Below, one piece after another: positions 1-9,982 of a DNA stretch of 64,000 bases. Positions within the stretch are counted from its first letter, which is position 1. Every line of letters begins with the position of its first letter. The stretch is from an uncultured cyanobacterium (GTDB taxonomy: Bacteria > Cyanobacteriota > Cyanobacteriia > Cyanobacteriales > Nostocaceae), in the NCBI GenBank assembly GCA_963740315.1, contig CAVUDP010000002.1, forward strand, positions 2,240,001-2,304,000, in the 5' to 3' direction. Position numbers and translations under genes: made by a program. Under the pieces are notes generated by a model. The model made no database searches and was not told where the DNA came from. It saw only the letters and a program-made list of their open reading frames with translations.

Positions 1-48
1 AATATGACTTCTAGCTTTATGTTAAATGCTGATAATTAGCCATATATA

Positions 49-1398
49 ATGATAAAATTAGCAATATTATTAGAAAGATTCAAAGAAAAGCAAAAAATCT
101 TAGTCACAAGTATAATTATAATAGCTGCGATCGCTATCTTTCTATTTTTATTACCAAAGCTATATCAAGTTGACTGGATTGGCTTTGGAACGGTTTCAGA
201 TGTTTTAATCAGTGACGAAGAAGCAATAAATTTTAAAACTGGAAATATCGTCACGCTTCATAAGGAAACCGAACATATAAAAGCGGCAAAAAAGCTTTGG
301 GATTGGCTAGAGTTGCTAGGAATTCCGGTTTTATTAGTTATTTTAGGTACTCAATTCCAAATTAACGAAAAGAAGCTAGCAGAAGAAAAAGCTAAAACTG
401 AAAAAGAAAGAGCCGAGAAGCAAGCCAAAGCTGAGAAACAAAGAATTGACGAACAAGTTAAAGCGGAAAAAGAAAGAGTTGACGAACAAGTTAAAGCTGA
501 AAAACAAAAAACATCTAATATTTTAAACGAAGAAGCTTTGCAGGCTTATATCGATCGGATGTCAGAATTATTGCTTGATAAAAACTTAAAATCTTTATCT
601 CCTAAAGATCCTTTACGAGAAGCAGCATTAGATGTTGCACGTGCTAGAACTTTGTCAGTATTGCGAAGATTAGATATAGACGGAGAAAGAAAAGGAAGCA
701 TTATTCGGTTTTTAATTGATGCGGAATTTATAAATGAATTGCAGTTAGATTTGAGTTATGCCAAGCTCATTGGTGCTGACTTGAGTGGAGCTAACTTGAG
801 CGGGGCTAATTTTTATGGAGCTAACTTCCACGGAGTCAAGTTAAATGGAGCCAAGCTGAGTGGTGCAAAACTGAGTGGAGCTAACTTCTACGGTGCAAAG
901 CTGAGTGGAGCTAACTTCTACGGTGCAGATTTGAGTGGTGCAAAGTTGAGTGGAGCCAAGCTGAGTGGGGCTAACTTTTACGGTGCCGATTTGAGTCGTG
1001 CCTATCTTAGTGGTGCCAACTTGAATGGAGCTAACTTCTACAGCGCTAATCTCAGTAGTGCTAATCTTAGTAGTGCTAATTTGTGTTTCGCTAACCTTAG
1101 TGGTGCTAACCTGTGTTTTGCCAACCTCTTGGGTGCATACCTTAGTAGTGCCAAACTGATTGGAGCAAACTTGAGTGGAGCAAATTTTTTCAGTGCTAAT
1201 CTTAGCGACGCAAAGCTTAGTGGTGCCAACTTTAGTAATACTAAACTTAATAATGCCGATCTGTGCGGTGCCAACTTAGTAGAAGCTAAAAACTTAACTA
1301 TAGAACAAATCAAACAAGCTAAAAACTGGGAAAAAGCGATATATACTCCTGAGTTTTGCGATCGCCTTTTTTTAGCAGAAAATATAACTAATGAATAG
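49..1398 (+). CDS. Pentapeptide repeat protein with N-terminal membrane segments and an 11-aa coiled-coil repeat
   Basis: Long A(N/K/D)L(S/Y)G pentapeptide run in the C-terminal half; hydrophobic N-terminus; 'LWDWLELL' and 'ARARTLSVLRRLD..GERK' segments typical of cyanobacterial pentapeptide proteins. Confidence 0.9.
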   Translation: MIKLAILLERFKEKQKILVTSIIIIAAIAIFLFLLPKLYQVDWIGFGTVSDVLISDEEAINFKTGNIVTLHKETEHIKAAKKLWDWLELLGIPVLLVILGTQFQINEKKLAEEKAKTEKERAEKQAKAEKQRIDEQVKAEKERVDEQVKAEKQKTSNILNEEALQAYIDRMSELLLDKNLKSLSPKDPLREAALDVARARTLSVLRRLDIDGERKGSIIRFLIDAEFINELQLDLSYAKLIGADLSGANLSGANFYGANFHGVKLNGAKLSGAKLSGANFYGAKLSGANFYGADLSGAKLSGAKLSGANFYGADLSRAYLSGANLNGANFYSANLSSANLSSANLCFANLSGANLCFANLLGAYLSSAKLIGANLSGANFFSANLSDAKLSGANFSNTKLNNADLCGANLVEAKNLTIEQIKQAKNWEKAIYTPEFCDRLFLAENITNE

Positions 1399-1412
1399 GG
1401 AGTAGGGAATTA

Positions 1413-1566
1413 AGAGGATGTTTAATAAGTATCGTTTTTAACCCAATTATCGGATTATCCCCCCTTCCCCCCTTAAAAAAGGGGGGTTAAAGTCCCCCTT
1501 GCCAAGGGGGATTTAGGGGGATCTAGAAGTTTGCGAGTTTTATTTATGACTTTTAAAACATCCTCT
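1413..1566. mobile_element. MITE-like element with AGAGGATGTTT...AAACATCCTCT terminal inverted repeats and internal C/G-run palindromes
   Basis: TIRs AGAGGATGTTTAATAAGT / ACTTTTAAAACATCCTCT; internal CCCCCCTTAAAAAAGGGGGG and CCCCCTTGCCAAGGGGG; related partial copy at ~26875-27166. Confidence 0.7.
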
Positions 1567-1623
1567 AAGGCAGCTATTTTAAATTAATTTAATATCCCCT
1601 GCTTCCCAATTCCCAATTCCTCA

Positions 1624-2196
1624 TCAAACATCTAATTCAATTTGATATCCCAATCTTTTAACAAGAGAAATCTTATAAACATCACCTTGATTCATCTCTC
1701 CTGGTTCTTTCATTTGGGTTAAAGCAGTAACTACTTCGTCTGAATTTGCAGTTAGGATTACCACAGGTTTATCGCAAGCTATAGGGAAATCATGCCAAGT
1801 ACCAAGATATAATAAAAGCCCATGCCCAGCAGGAAAACGTAGTGCTTTTACTTGCGATAAATCGGGTAAATCTTGGTTATTTTGATGAGTTGGTGGTGAC
1901 AGTACCATAATAAAAGGTGATTGTCCTAAACCGATAAACATTTGCGTCATGTACATATGACGTTCCAACCAAGTTATTGTTGGATATCCCGGCATTATTT
2001 TCGCGGTTCTAAAAGTTGCATCACCACGATAGGTAAAGTCTATATTTTCACCTTCTAATACTCTTCCTTGATAAAAAGGTATTCCCAATCCCGGTTTACT
2101 GACATCATCGCCTAATAGATATCCGTAAGGTTTAATATTTTCTGCGTCGGCATCAATTACCGGAATTGTTAAAGTTTTAGTTTGAGAAGTAGTCAT
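1624..2196 (-). CDS. Ureidoglycolate lyase (AllA-like) family cupin
   Basis: 'LERH..TQMFI.L' and 'GTWH.FP' motifs; N-terminal 'ENIKPYG'. Confidence 0.75.
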   Translation of the reverse strand: MTTSQTKTLTIPVIDADAENIKPYGYLLGDDVSKPGLGIPFYQGRVLEGENIDFTYRGDATFRTAKIMPGYPTITWLERHMYMTQMFIGLGQSPFIMVLSPPTHQNNQDLPDLSQVKALRFPAGHGLLLYLGTWHDFPIACDKPVVILTANSDEVVTALTQMKEPGEMNQGDVYKISLVKRLGYQIELDV

Positions 2197-2387
2197 AGTG
2201 ATTTTGGATTTTAGATTGAAAATTACATGGTTTTTTTACAGCGAGGGAGCAAGATGCGGACAATACGAATCAATTACCAATGTTATCTCGTTTACGATTG
2301 TATCCAAATGATAACAAACCGCAGAGAGCGCAAAGAAAGAGAAACAAAAAGAGAAATAATAACTGGTAACTGGTAACTGGTAACTGC

Positions 2388-3242
2388 TCACTGCTCACTG
2401 CTCACTGATTCATATATCTCTTCCCCGGTGGTTATCCAGGTATAGGGTTGATTTTTAATATTCATTAAACATTCTTTCAAGTATTTTAAACGCAAAGGCT
2501 GTCCGACTATAAAAGGATGTAAACCAATTGCCATCACACGCGATCGCGATTCTCCCTCTTGCCATAATTGATAAAATTGATCTTCGATAGCTTTAGCGAA
2601 TTCTGCACCGGAAAAACGGTTGCTCAAACACAAAGTAATATCGTTAGCTTCTATAGTATAAGGTATAGCTAATAAACGACCATTTTGAAGCGGATACCAA
2701 TAAGGGCGATCGTCATTTACCCAATCGGCAGTATAAGCAATTCCGGCTGAATGTAATAATTCAAATGTTGATTCTGTAATCGAAAATCCTGGTGTTAACC
2801 AACCTTTTGGGGTTTTACCCGTAGCTTGCTTGAGTAAAGTTAAAGTTTTATTTATTGTATCTGTTTCTGCTTCTCTATCCATGCCACTATGACCAGTGGA
2901 ATTATTAATACCATGTGCCATTATTTCCCAATTATGTTGCTGCATGACTTCCATAATTTCTGGGTACAGCGTGCAAATCTCGCCGTTTACTGCTGCTGTG
3001 ACAGGAATTTCTAATTCGGCAAATAATTCAAATAAACGCCAAATACCAACTCTATTTCCATAATCTCGCCAGCCGTAGTTGGCAATCTCTGGATAACTAT
3101 TTAAATGAGGTTGAATTGCTGTTCCTATTTTACCAAAGGTGAAATGTTCGACGTTCATTACTATCCATACGGCAACTCTAGCATCATTAGGTAATTTAAA
3201 ATTTGGACGTTGGGAAATTGGTTGAAAAGATGGAGGAAGCAT
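2388..3242 (-). CDS. Polysaccharide deacetylase family, PuuE/allantoinase-like
   Basis: 'LPNDARVAVWIVMNVE', 'WRDYGNRVGIWR', 'EIMAHG', 'PYT.EAND' and 'LHPFIVGQP' motifs. Confidence 0.8.
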   Translation of the reverse strand: MLPPSFQPISQRPNFKLPNDARVAVWIVMNVEHFTFGKIGTAIQPHLNSYPEIANYGWRDYGNRVGIWRLFELFAELEIPVTAAVNGEICTLYPEIMEVMQQHNWEIMAHGINNSTGHSGMDREAETDTINKTLTLLKQATGKTPKGWLTPGFSITESTFELLHSAGIAYTADWVNDDRPYWYPLQNGRLLAIPYTIEANDITLCLSNRFSGAEFAKAIEDQFYQLWQEGESRSRVMAIGLHPFIVGQPLRLKYLKECLMNIKNQPYTWITTGEEIYESVSSEQ

Positions 3243-3303
3243 AAATCAGTTATTAGTTAACGGTGAGCAGTTAGGAGTTAAAACAAAATAAAATTATATA
3301 AAA

Positions 3304-3317
3304 GTATTTGATGATAC
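3304..3317. promoter_or_regulatory. Candidate NtcA box upstream of the PuuE-like/ureidoglycolate lyase pair
   Basis: GTA-TTTGATGA-TAC matches GTAN8TAC ~60 bp upstream of the start codon; no clean -10 at the canonical 22-nt spacing. Confidence 0.4.
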
Positions 3318-3760
3318 TCAAGTTAATTATTGTTATATTTTCAACTTATAGTGAAATGAAGGAATAAAATGCAGGGCAATTCTACTTAATTAAATATGGT
3401 GAAAAGACTTTGTAATTGCAAAGCCTTTTTACTTTATGTAGCGGTTTTCAGTTAGATGCAATACAGATGAATCTCACCCCGTTCTACGGACACCCTTCTC
3501 CTTATTAAGGAGAGGGGAAGAAGGTGAGGTTTCGAGTGTATTAAACTCACTATATAATTTATAACTCTCAAAATGCAATTGCCAGAGCATTACAGCGACG
3601 AGGATTGAATGAAGAATATGAAATTAAAGTCGAAATTATTGGTAAATATTATTTGGCGAAGAAAGAAAAAAATTGAGAGACAAGGAGACAAGGATAAAAA
3701 GGGGAAATTAATGAGTGGCAGTGTTCGCATTTTGCTTTCTAGTTTGATTACCAATTACTG

Positions 3761-4813
3761 TCAATTTATCACTCCATTAGTATGGGTACCCACATTCTCC
3801 TTCACATAAATATCTCGAATTGGGAATGGAATTGAAATACCTTCAAGGTTGTAACGTTTGTGCAGTTTTTTGATAAATAAATGTTTGCCAATCCGTTGTT
3901 CAAAATATTCACCGACTCGCATATAAAGCGTAAAATCTATACTAAAATCATTAAAAGTATGGAATCTTATGTAAGGTTCGTTTTCTATTAAATCTGGGGC
4001 AATTTCTAGCATCACTTCTTTAGCAACTTCTACCGTCACTCTTTCAACCTGTTCCAAATCGCTATCGTAACTAACACCTACATTCATCGTTAATGTAAGT
4101 TGCTTTGCGGGTAAATAATAGTTAGTAAAATTCGCAGCAGCCAATTTTGAATTAGGAACAATAATCGTATTTTTAGAAAGTTCTTCTATTGTGATATTTC
4201 GCCAAGTGATATCAGTAATATAACCTTCCTCTTTGCTGTCTAATTTTATGTAGTCTCCCGTTTTAACTTGTTTAGAAAGAACTAGATAAAAACCAGAAAA
4301 TAAGTTAGCTAAAGTATCTTGAAGAGCTAAACCAACAGCTAAACCAGTAATACCTAAAGTTGTAATAATCGGTGTAATTTCAATTCCTATCGTTTGGAAT
4401 ATTATTAACGCTCCTAAAACCAAGACAACAGTTTTGACAATATTAGAAATAAGCGATACAGAAACACCTTCGGTTCGCTGCATAAATAAATTGACAAAAC
4501 CAGCTGCAAGACGAGCTAAAACTAATGTTACGGTAAACAGGAAAATCGCAATGACAATTTTTTGCAGGGCGGTATTAACATCATCTTTAAGCGAATAACT
4601 TAAAATAGCCCCAAAGAAACCAGCAAGCACAAACCAAGTAAAAGGGATACGCCGCAAAGAGCCAAAGATAATGTCGCTACCCGGTATACGCTTTCGATCG
4701 GCAACATTCTTTAATCTACTAAAGACAATTTTTTCCGCGATTATTCCAGCTATTAAGCCAACTAGTACAAATAGAAGAGGTTTTATAAGTGGTTCAATCC
4801 ATTCAATCATCAT
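3761..4813 (-). CDS. mscS: Small-conductance mechanosensitive channel
   Basis: TM helices followed by 'GLAVGLALQDTLANLFSG', 'GDYI', 'IVPNS' and 'VGVSYDSD' motifs. Confidence 0.9.
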   Translation of the reverse strand: MMIEWIEPLIKPLLFVLVGLIAGIIAEKIVFSRLKNVADRKRIPGSDIIFGSLRRIPFTWFVLAGFFGAILSYSLKDDVNTALQKIVIAIFLFTVTLVLARLAAGFVNLFMQRTEGVSVSLISNIVKTVVLVLGALIIFQTIGIEITPIITTLGITGLAVGLALQDTLANLFSGFYLVLSKQVKTGDYIKLDSKEEGYITDITWRNITIEELSKNTIIVPNSKLAAANFTNYYLPAKQLTLTMNVGVSYDSDLEQVERVTVEVAKEVMLEIAPDLIENEPYIRFHTFNDFSIDFTLYMRVGEYFEQRIGKHLFIKKLHKRYNLEGISIPFPIRDIYVKENVGTHTNGVIN

Positions 4814-5024
4814 GATAATCTTGGATTCTATATTTTGGAATAGATTATCACGATGTAATCAGGTCAAATATTTAGTTTCTTAACTATTAATTTGGGCATT
4901 GGGCATCGGGCATTAGATAAAAATTCAACTTCCTATCTTTTAACTTCTAATTCTTAAATACCGATCTAAAATTTTCTAACTCTTAACTCCTAACTCCTAA
5001 CTCCTAACTCCTAACTTTTCATCT

Positions 5025-5942
5025 ATGTCTTTACCAATCATCTACCATCCAGACTACGTTACTCCATTACCCGACGCGCATCGTTTCCCAATGGCGAAAT
5101 TTCGCTTACTTTACGAATTACTTTTATCCGATGGAGTCGCAGATTTACAGCAATTCCATACCCCCCAACGCCCAAATCAAAAAACTATCGAATTAGTTCA
5201 TACACCGGATTTTGTAGAAGGTTATTTAAAAGGAACCCTCGACGCTAAAGCACAAAGACGAATCGGTTTACCTTGGAGTCCGCAATTAGTAAATCGTACT
5301 TGTACGGCGGTAGGTGGTACAATTTTGGCGGCGAAACTGGCTTTAAGTAAAGGTTTGGCTTGCAATACTGCTGGAGGTACCCACCATGCTTTCCCCAGTT
5401 ACGGCTCCGGTTTTTGTATATTTAATGATTTTGCGATCGCAGCTCGCCTCATCCAAAAACTCAACCTGGCACAAAAAATTCTCATCGTCGATTTAGACGT
5501 GCATCAAGGTGACGGTACCGCTTTTATATTTCAAAACGACGACAGCGTTTTCACTTTCTCGATGCATTGCGAAGTCAACTTTCCCGGTAAAAAACAAAAA
5601 AGCGATTTAGATGTACCTCTTCCCGAAGGCATGGAAGATGATGCATATTTGCAAACCTTAGCAAAATACTTACCGGATTTACTCGTAGACTTAAAACCAG
5701 ATTTAGTATTATATGATGCCGGTGTTGACCCGCACATCGGCGACAAATTGGGCAAACTTGCTTTAACAGATACGGGAATTTATCGACGAGAAATGCAGGT
5801 TTTGAGTACTTGCGTAGGGGCTGGTTATCCTGTAGCTTGCGTTATCGGTGGCGGTTATGCGGATGATATGAAATCTTTAGTGTGGCGGCATTCTTTATTA
5901 CATCGGGCGGCGAGTGAGGTTTATCGGCAGTTTGGATTGTAA
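5025..5942 (+). CDS. Histone deacetylase family protein
   Basis: 'HRFPMAKF', 'GGTHHA', 'GFCIFND', 'DLDVHQGDGT' and 'GGGY' motifs. Confidence 0.93.
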   Translation: MSLPIIYHPDYVTPLPDAHRFPMAKFRLLYELLLSDGVADLQQFHTPQRPNQKTIELVHTPDFVEGYLKGTLDAKAQRRIGLPWSPQLVNRTCTAVGGTILAAKLALSKGLACNTAGGTHHAFPSYGSGFCIFNDFAIAARLIQKLNLAQKILIVDLDVHQGDGTAFIFQNDDSVFTFSMHCEVNFPGKKQKSDLDVPLPEGMEDDAYLQTLAKYLPDLLVDLKPDLVLYDAGVDPHIGDKLGKLALTDTGIYRREMQVLSTCVGAGYPVACVIGGGYADDMKSLVWRHSLLHRAASEVYRQFGL

Positions 5943-5969
5943 TTTCATCAAAAATTACCAGTTAATAAT

Positions 5970-6069
5970 GTAGAGACGCGATATATCGCGTCTCTAAATT
6001 TGATAGTACAAAAAACAGGTTTGTAGTAAGGACTTTAGTCCTGATTGGGCTAAAGCCCTTACTACGAAC
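5970..6069. repeat. REP-like palindromes between convergent genes
   Basis: GTAGAGACGCGATATATCGCGTCTCTA and GTAGTAAGGACTTTAGTCC...GGGCTAAAGCCCTTACTAC; both families recur in the window (e.g. 16336, 26848, 38062, 41572; 10988, 11101). Confidence 0.75.
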
Positions 6070-6711
6070 TTAATAAAACTGCCGCATCACATAATCAATC
6101 GTCGCCCAAAAGGGAGCATAACTTTCTGTTTCGTCTCTCTGTAAATAACCTTCAGCTAGCTTCTCGATCTCCTTCTCTGACAAGCCTTGAGTCGCTTGCA
6201 TCACACCATCAACTACTTTGCGACGCATTTTTTTCAACTTATTAATATCTAGCGCCAGCATTCTAATTGTAGTTTCTGCTGCTTGCTGATGTTCGGGATC
6301 TTCTGTCGGTAAAATCTCCCCCGCACCTGTGTATCTAAAGTAGCTGCTGCAATTGGGATCTAATGGCGAAATCATCAATTCTTCGTCAAACCAACCGCCT
6401 TTTTTATGTCCGCAATGTACGGGTTTGGTTGGTCTTTGTTCGTCTTCTCCTTGACAGGAAGAGATTAAATTACTGTAAGTAAATGTTAAATCTGTATACT
6501 TACTTTTTGGTCGATAGTGTTCGATATGACATCTTTTTCTACTAATATGAATACCGCAGTAACAACAGATGTAACCTTGTTCGTAAAGTATCGATTGGTA
6601 GACATCGTTTTTTACATTCCGATTGAAGGATTTCCATTTGGTTGTCTTACCAACTTTCTTATTATAAGCAGTTAAGCTTTTTGGCTCGGAACCTTTTTGA
6701 ATATGTTTCAT
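6070..6711 (-). CDS. HNH endonuclease, TIGR02646/PtuB-like
   Basis: 'EQGYICCYCG', 'HIEHYRPKS', 'YSNLISSC', 'HCGHKKG'; 4-nt overlap with the upstream ATPase. Confidence 0.85.
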   Translation of the reverse strand: MKHIQKGSEPKSLTAYNKKVGKTTKWKSFNRNVKNDVYQSILYEQGYICCYCGIHISRKRCHIEHYRPKSKYTDLTFTYSNLISSCQGEDEQRPTKPVHCGHKKGGWFDEELMISPLDPNCSSYFRYTGAGEILPTEDPEHQQAAETTIRMLALDINKLKKMRRKVVDGVMQATQGLSEKEIEKLAEGYLQRDETESYAPFWATIDYVMRQFY

Positions 6712-7961
6712 TTGTTGAGAATTTCCTTACGTCGAATTAATACATCCGCTCGCACAAATTCCGGCTCGTCGTCGCCAATTTTTTCTACTAATTCTTGACG
6801 TAATTCCTTAGCAGCCTCTAAATTTCCGTCGTCTATAAATCTGAATAGTTGTTGCAAACTATCTTTGATTTTTTGAGGTCTTTCGGGTACTTCCATTAAG
6901 TCTTCTAAGATGCTATTACTGTCTCTTCCATAGGAACCTTCGGGACTCATTACAAAAAGTCCTTCGTCACTTCTTTCTAAAATAAACACCCCTTCCGGAT
7001 GAACGTGACTAATTACTTGTGGTGAGTGAGTGGTGATAATAAACTGACAATTAGGAAACGTTTTTTTCAAGGCTGGAATAATATCTCTTTGCCATCTAGG
7101 ATGTAAGTGCAATTCAATTTCATCGATTAAAACTATGCCTTCACCTAACAACGGATCGTCAAGCCCAGGATTTGCGATCGCCAATCTTCTGGCTAAGTCT
7201 CCTACCATTGCCAGCAAGCATTTTTCTCCATCGGATAGCTGATTAACATTTAGTTCTCTATCCTGTTTTTTTACGGTCATTCTTAATGGCGATCGACGTA
7301 TTCTTAGATTAGATAAACCTGTAATTAAAGAATAAATAGCCTGTCTGACTGCTTCTAATTGATGGTTAACAAAATTAGAATCATCAAGTCTTTGTTCGTT
7401 TTCCAAATCTTCCAATTTTCTAAACCATTGGAAGAAGCTATTAAAATTTATTTGTACGCTGTCTAAGGATTCCTCGTAAGCACTTACGCGATCGTTAGAA
7501 TTCTTTTTTCTACCTCTCAAAGGAATCTCAAGTACGGCACGATTTACGCCATAATGAACGATAACAGGTAAATTAAACTCAGAATCATTCTTTAAACTTT
7601 CGTGGGTTTCTTCAATGAAGTTGCGTAACTCGCTTAGATCGCTACCAGCGGTTTTACTCCGCTTTTTTCTTTGCTTAGAAAGACACCAAGTTACCTCACA
7701 TGACGCAGTTGAAACTGTAATTTCATTACTAGTCTCTTCACTTCCAGTAGAAATATCCGCTTCCTGAAACAATCTTCCTGAAGTTGTGGGATATTGAACT
7801 GGTTTTGTATAACGAGATAAAAGAATGGCAATACATTCGAGAATACTGGATTTACCGACTCCGTTAATACCAATAATTACATTCGGTTCCTTTTCCTGGA
7901 ATTCCAGCTTCATATCGCCGATTCCACGAAAAGAATTCATCTCAATACGCTTAATTTTCAT
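6708..7961 (-). CDS. ABC/AAA-family ATPase, PtuA-like (Septu / retron-effector type)
   Basis: Walker A GINGVGKS, signature LSDGEK, Walker B LIDEIELHLHPRWQ, H-loop TTHSP, C-terminal 'YGRDSNSILEDLM'. Confidence 0.85.
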   Translation of the reverse strand: MKIKRIEMNSFRGIGDMKLEFQEKEPNVIIGINGVGKSSILECIAILLSRYTKPVQYPTTSGRLFQEADISTGSEETSNEITVSTASCEVTWCLSKQRKKRSKTAGSDLSELRNFIEETHESLKNDSEFNLPVIVHYGVNRAVLEIPLRGRKKNSNDRVSAYEESLDSVQINFNSFFQWFRKLEDLENEQRLDDSNFVNHQLEAVRQAIYSLITGLSNLRIRRSPLRMTVKKQDRELNVNQLSDGEKCLLAMVGDLARRLAIANPGLDDPLLGEGIVLIDEIELHLHPRWQRDIIPALKKTFPNCQFIITTHSPQVISHVHPEGVFILERSDEGLFVMSPEGSYGRDSNSILEDLMEVPERPQKIKDSLQQLFRFIDDGNLEAAKELRQELVEKIGDDEPEFVRADVLIRRKEILNK

Positions 7962-8302
7962 ACTTGGAGTTAAGCTAAAATACTTAGAAATATGTACTAT
8001 AAATAAATACGTAGTTATTAATAACGATAACTTGATTTTCTTTTTACCTGCACCAAAAATCGTGTTCTATGAAACCGATATCAGATTAAATAAATTAGTT
8101 AAATAATTATGGATAAAAGCAGAGTAATTCTTGTAGTCTAGAAAACAAAAAAGCTCAAATAAACGAATTGTATATTTAAGTAAAAAATTAGCTAGATAAA
8201 ACTTGAGAAAATGAAATCAAGTGATAAATTAAAGCTGCGATTAACAATCCATAACCGAATTTATACTTGATTTAATTCAGATAAGCTGTATCTTATAATT
8301 CC

Positions 8303-9352
8303 ATGCCACAAAAAAATCCAAATATACAACCATCTACACCTACCCAACCGCCTTTATCTCAAGAAAAACTGCCATTTTGGAAAGCATCATTAGTTAAAGC
8401 TTTACGAGGAACTATTGGGGTATTAGAAACTACCGCAGTCAAATTAGAAACAGAACCTTTACCCGGTAGCGAAGAAAAACCGGGATTTTTACAAAAGCTT
8501 CAGCAGCTTTGGATTGGTATATTAGGAAAACTTCGGCTTATTTTACCAGCAAAGTTTTCCGCAAAGTTATCAGATACAGCTTTGACGGGAATTATCGGTG
8601 GATTAGCCGTAATGATATTTCTGATAACTTCAAACCTATTCGGTAGCAAACCTCCACAAGTGGCAACCGTGACTCCAGACACGGAGATTCCACCCGTAAT
8701 ATCCACTACCGATATAAATGCAATCGCAACAAAAGAAACCCCAGCAATCGTAGAAACCCAAGAAAACCCGAAACAAGAAGAAACTATTACCGAGCAAGAA
8801 ATTCCTCCACAAAAAGAAATAACTTCCTTACCATCCGAACAAGAAATTACATCTAAGCAGCAAGAAGAAACAACTTCCTTACCATCCGAACAAGAAATTA
8901 CATCTAAGCAGCAAGAAGAAACAACTTCCTTACCATCCGAACAAGAAATCGTATCTAAACAAGAAGAAATAACTTTACCATCCGAAGAAGAAATCGTATC
9001 TAAACAAGAAGAAATTCCACCACAATTAGAAACTCCTCCTCCAGCCATAGCACTAACACCAGAAGAAACCTTAATTGCAGCAATTCAAAATCAACTTGGT
9101 AATATTGGCGATCGCACTTTTCCAGGAATAGTAGAATCAATTCAAGCCAACTTTTTAGGCAGTAATTTGACGATAAAAATCAGTAGCGATTGGTACAGCT
9201 TAGAAAAAAAACAACAAAATGAACTCGCCGCCAAAATCCAGCAACGTTCCCAAGAACTAGATTTCACCCACCTAGAAATTACCGATTTGCAAGGTAAACT
9301 AATAGCCCGAAATCCCGTAGTAGGAACTGAAATGATCATTTTTAAAAGGTAA
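8303..9352 (+). CDS. Conserved cyanobacterial hypothetical membrane-anchored protein with acidic repeat linker
   Basis: Single TM segment; 51-bp tandem repeats encoding TSLPSEQEITSKQQEET; globular C-terminal 'WY.L...Q...LA' / 'LIARNPVVG' domain. Confidence 0.75.
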   Translation: MPQKNPNIQPSTPTQPPLSQEKLPFWKASLVKALRGTIGVLETTAVKLETEPLPGSEEKPGFLQKLQQLWIGILGKLRLILPAKFSAKLSDTALTGIIGGLAVMIFLITSNLFGSKPPQVATVTPDTEIPPVISTTDINAIATKETPAIVETQENPKQEETITEQEIPPQKEITSLPSEQEITSKQQEETTSLPSEQEITSKQQEETTSLPSEQEIVSKQEEITLPSEEEIVSKQEEIPPQLETPPPAIALTPEETLIAAIQNQLGNIGDRTFPGIVESIQANFLGSNLTIKISSDWYSLEKKQQNELAAKIQQRSQELDFTHLEITDLQGKLIARNPVVGTEMIIFKR

Positions 9353-9369
9353 TTGGGCATTAGGAAAGT

Positions 9370-9700
9370 TAGGAGTTAGGAGTTAGGAGTTAGGAGTACT
9401 TCGACAAGTCTTACAGTGAGCTACGTCGAACTGCTCAGTAACCTTATTGAGTTAGGAGTTAAAAGTTAAAAGTTAGGAATTAAGAGTTAAGAGTTAGGAG
9501 TTAAGAGTTAAGAGTTAGGAGTTAGGAGTAGCGATCGCATCTTGCTCGCTGTTTAACTACCCCATCACCCCATCTACCCCCTCTACCCCCTCTTCCCCCT
9601 CTTCCCCCTCTCTCCCCATTCCCCCATCTCCCCATCTCCCCATCTCCCCCTCTACCCATCTCTCCCCCTCTCCCCCATCTCCCCCCTCTCCCCATCTCCC
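9370..9700. repeat. STRR arrays (GGAGTTA 7-mer; CCCCATCT/CCCCCTCT 8-9-mers) with nested short dispersed repeat
   Basis: Directly visible tandem units. Confidence 0.9.
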
Positions 9701-9745
9701 TAACTTGCTTGTTAAAATAAAGATTGTCCCTTTGAACTGGTAATT

Positions 9746-9982
9746 ATGCTAAGGCGTTCTAAATTCGAGACAACTCAATCTCAAATCATGCACCGTGCAG
9801 AAGATTTAATCAGTGCGGCTTCCAACCGTTACCGGATTACAGTTCAAGTGGCAAATCGCGCTAAACGTCGGCGTTACGAAGATTTTGACAATACCGAAGA
9901 TGTATTGATGAAGCCTGTATTACGCTCAATCATTGAAATGTCCGACGAATTAACCCAGCCAGAAATCATCGGTGAAATGTAA
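9746..9982 (+). CDS. rpoZ: RNA polymerase omega subunit (Ycf61)
   Basis: '[23 protein letters not shown]...[12 protein letters not shown]' cyanobacterial omega sequence. Confidence 0.93.
   Translation: MLRRSKFETTQSQIMHRAEDLISAASNRYRITVQVANRAKRRRYEDFDNTEDVLMKPVLRSIIEMSDELTQPEIIGEM

Noticed and set aside
3609..3809. 66-aa ORF
   Set aside because: Overlaps the mscS 3' end antisense, includes repeat-derived sequence, and has no recognisable motif
7985..7998. LexA box upstream of the ATPase gene
   Set aside because: Only one half-site (TGTACT) matches at the correct spacing
7962..8302. Retron ncRNA/RT associated with the PtuAB-like pair
   Set aside because: No RT gene in the window and no convincing a1/a2 inverted repeats in this AT-rich gap
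8500..9048. 182-aa antisense ORF (and other antisense ORFs such as 1038-1313, 24042-24518, 33003-33434, 58891-59277)
   Set aside because: Shadows of well-supported genes on the opposite strand
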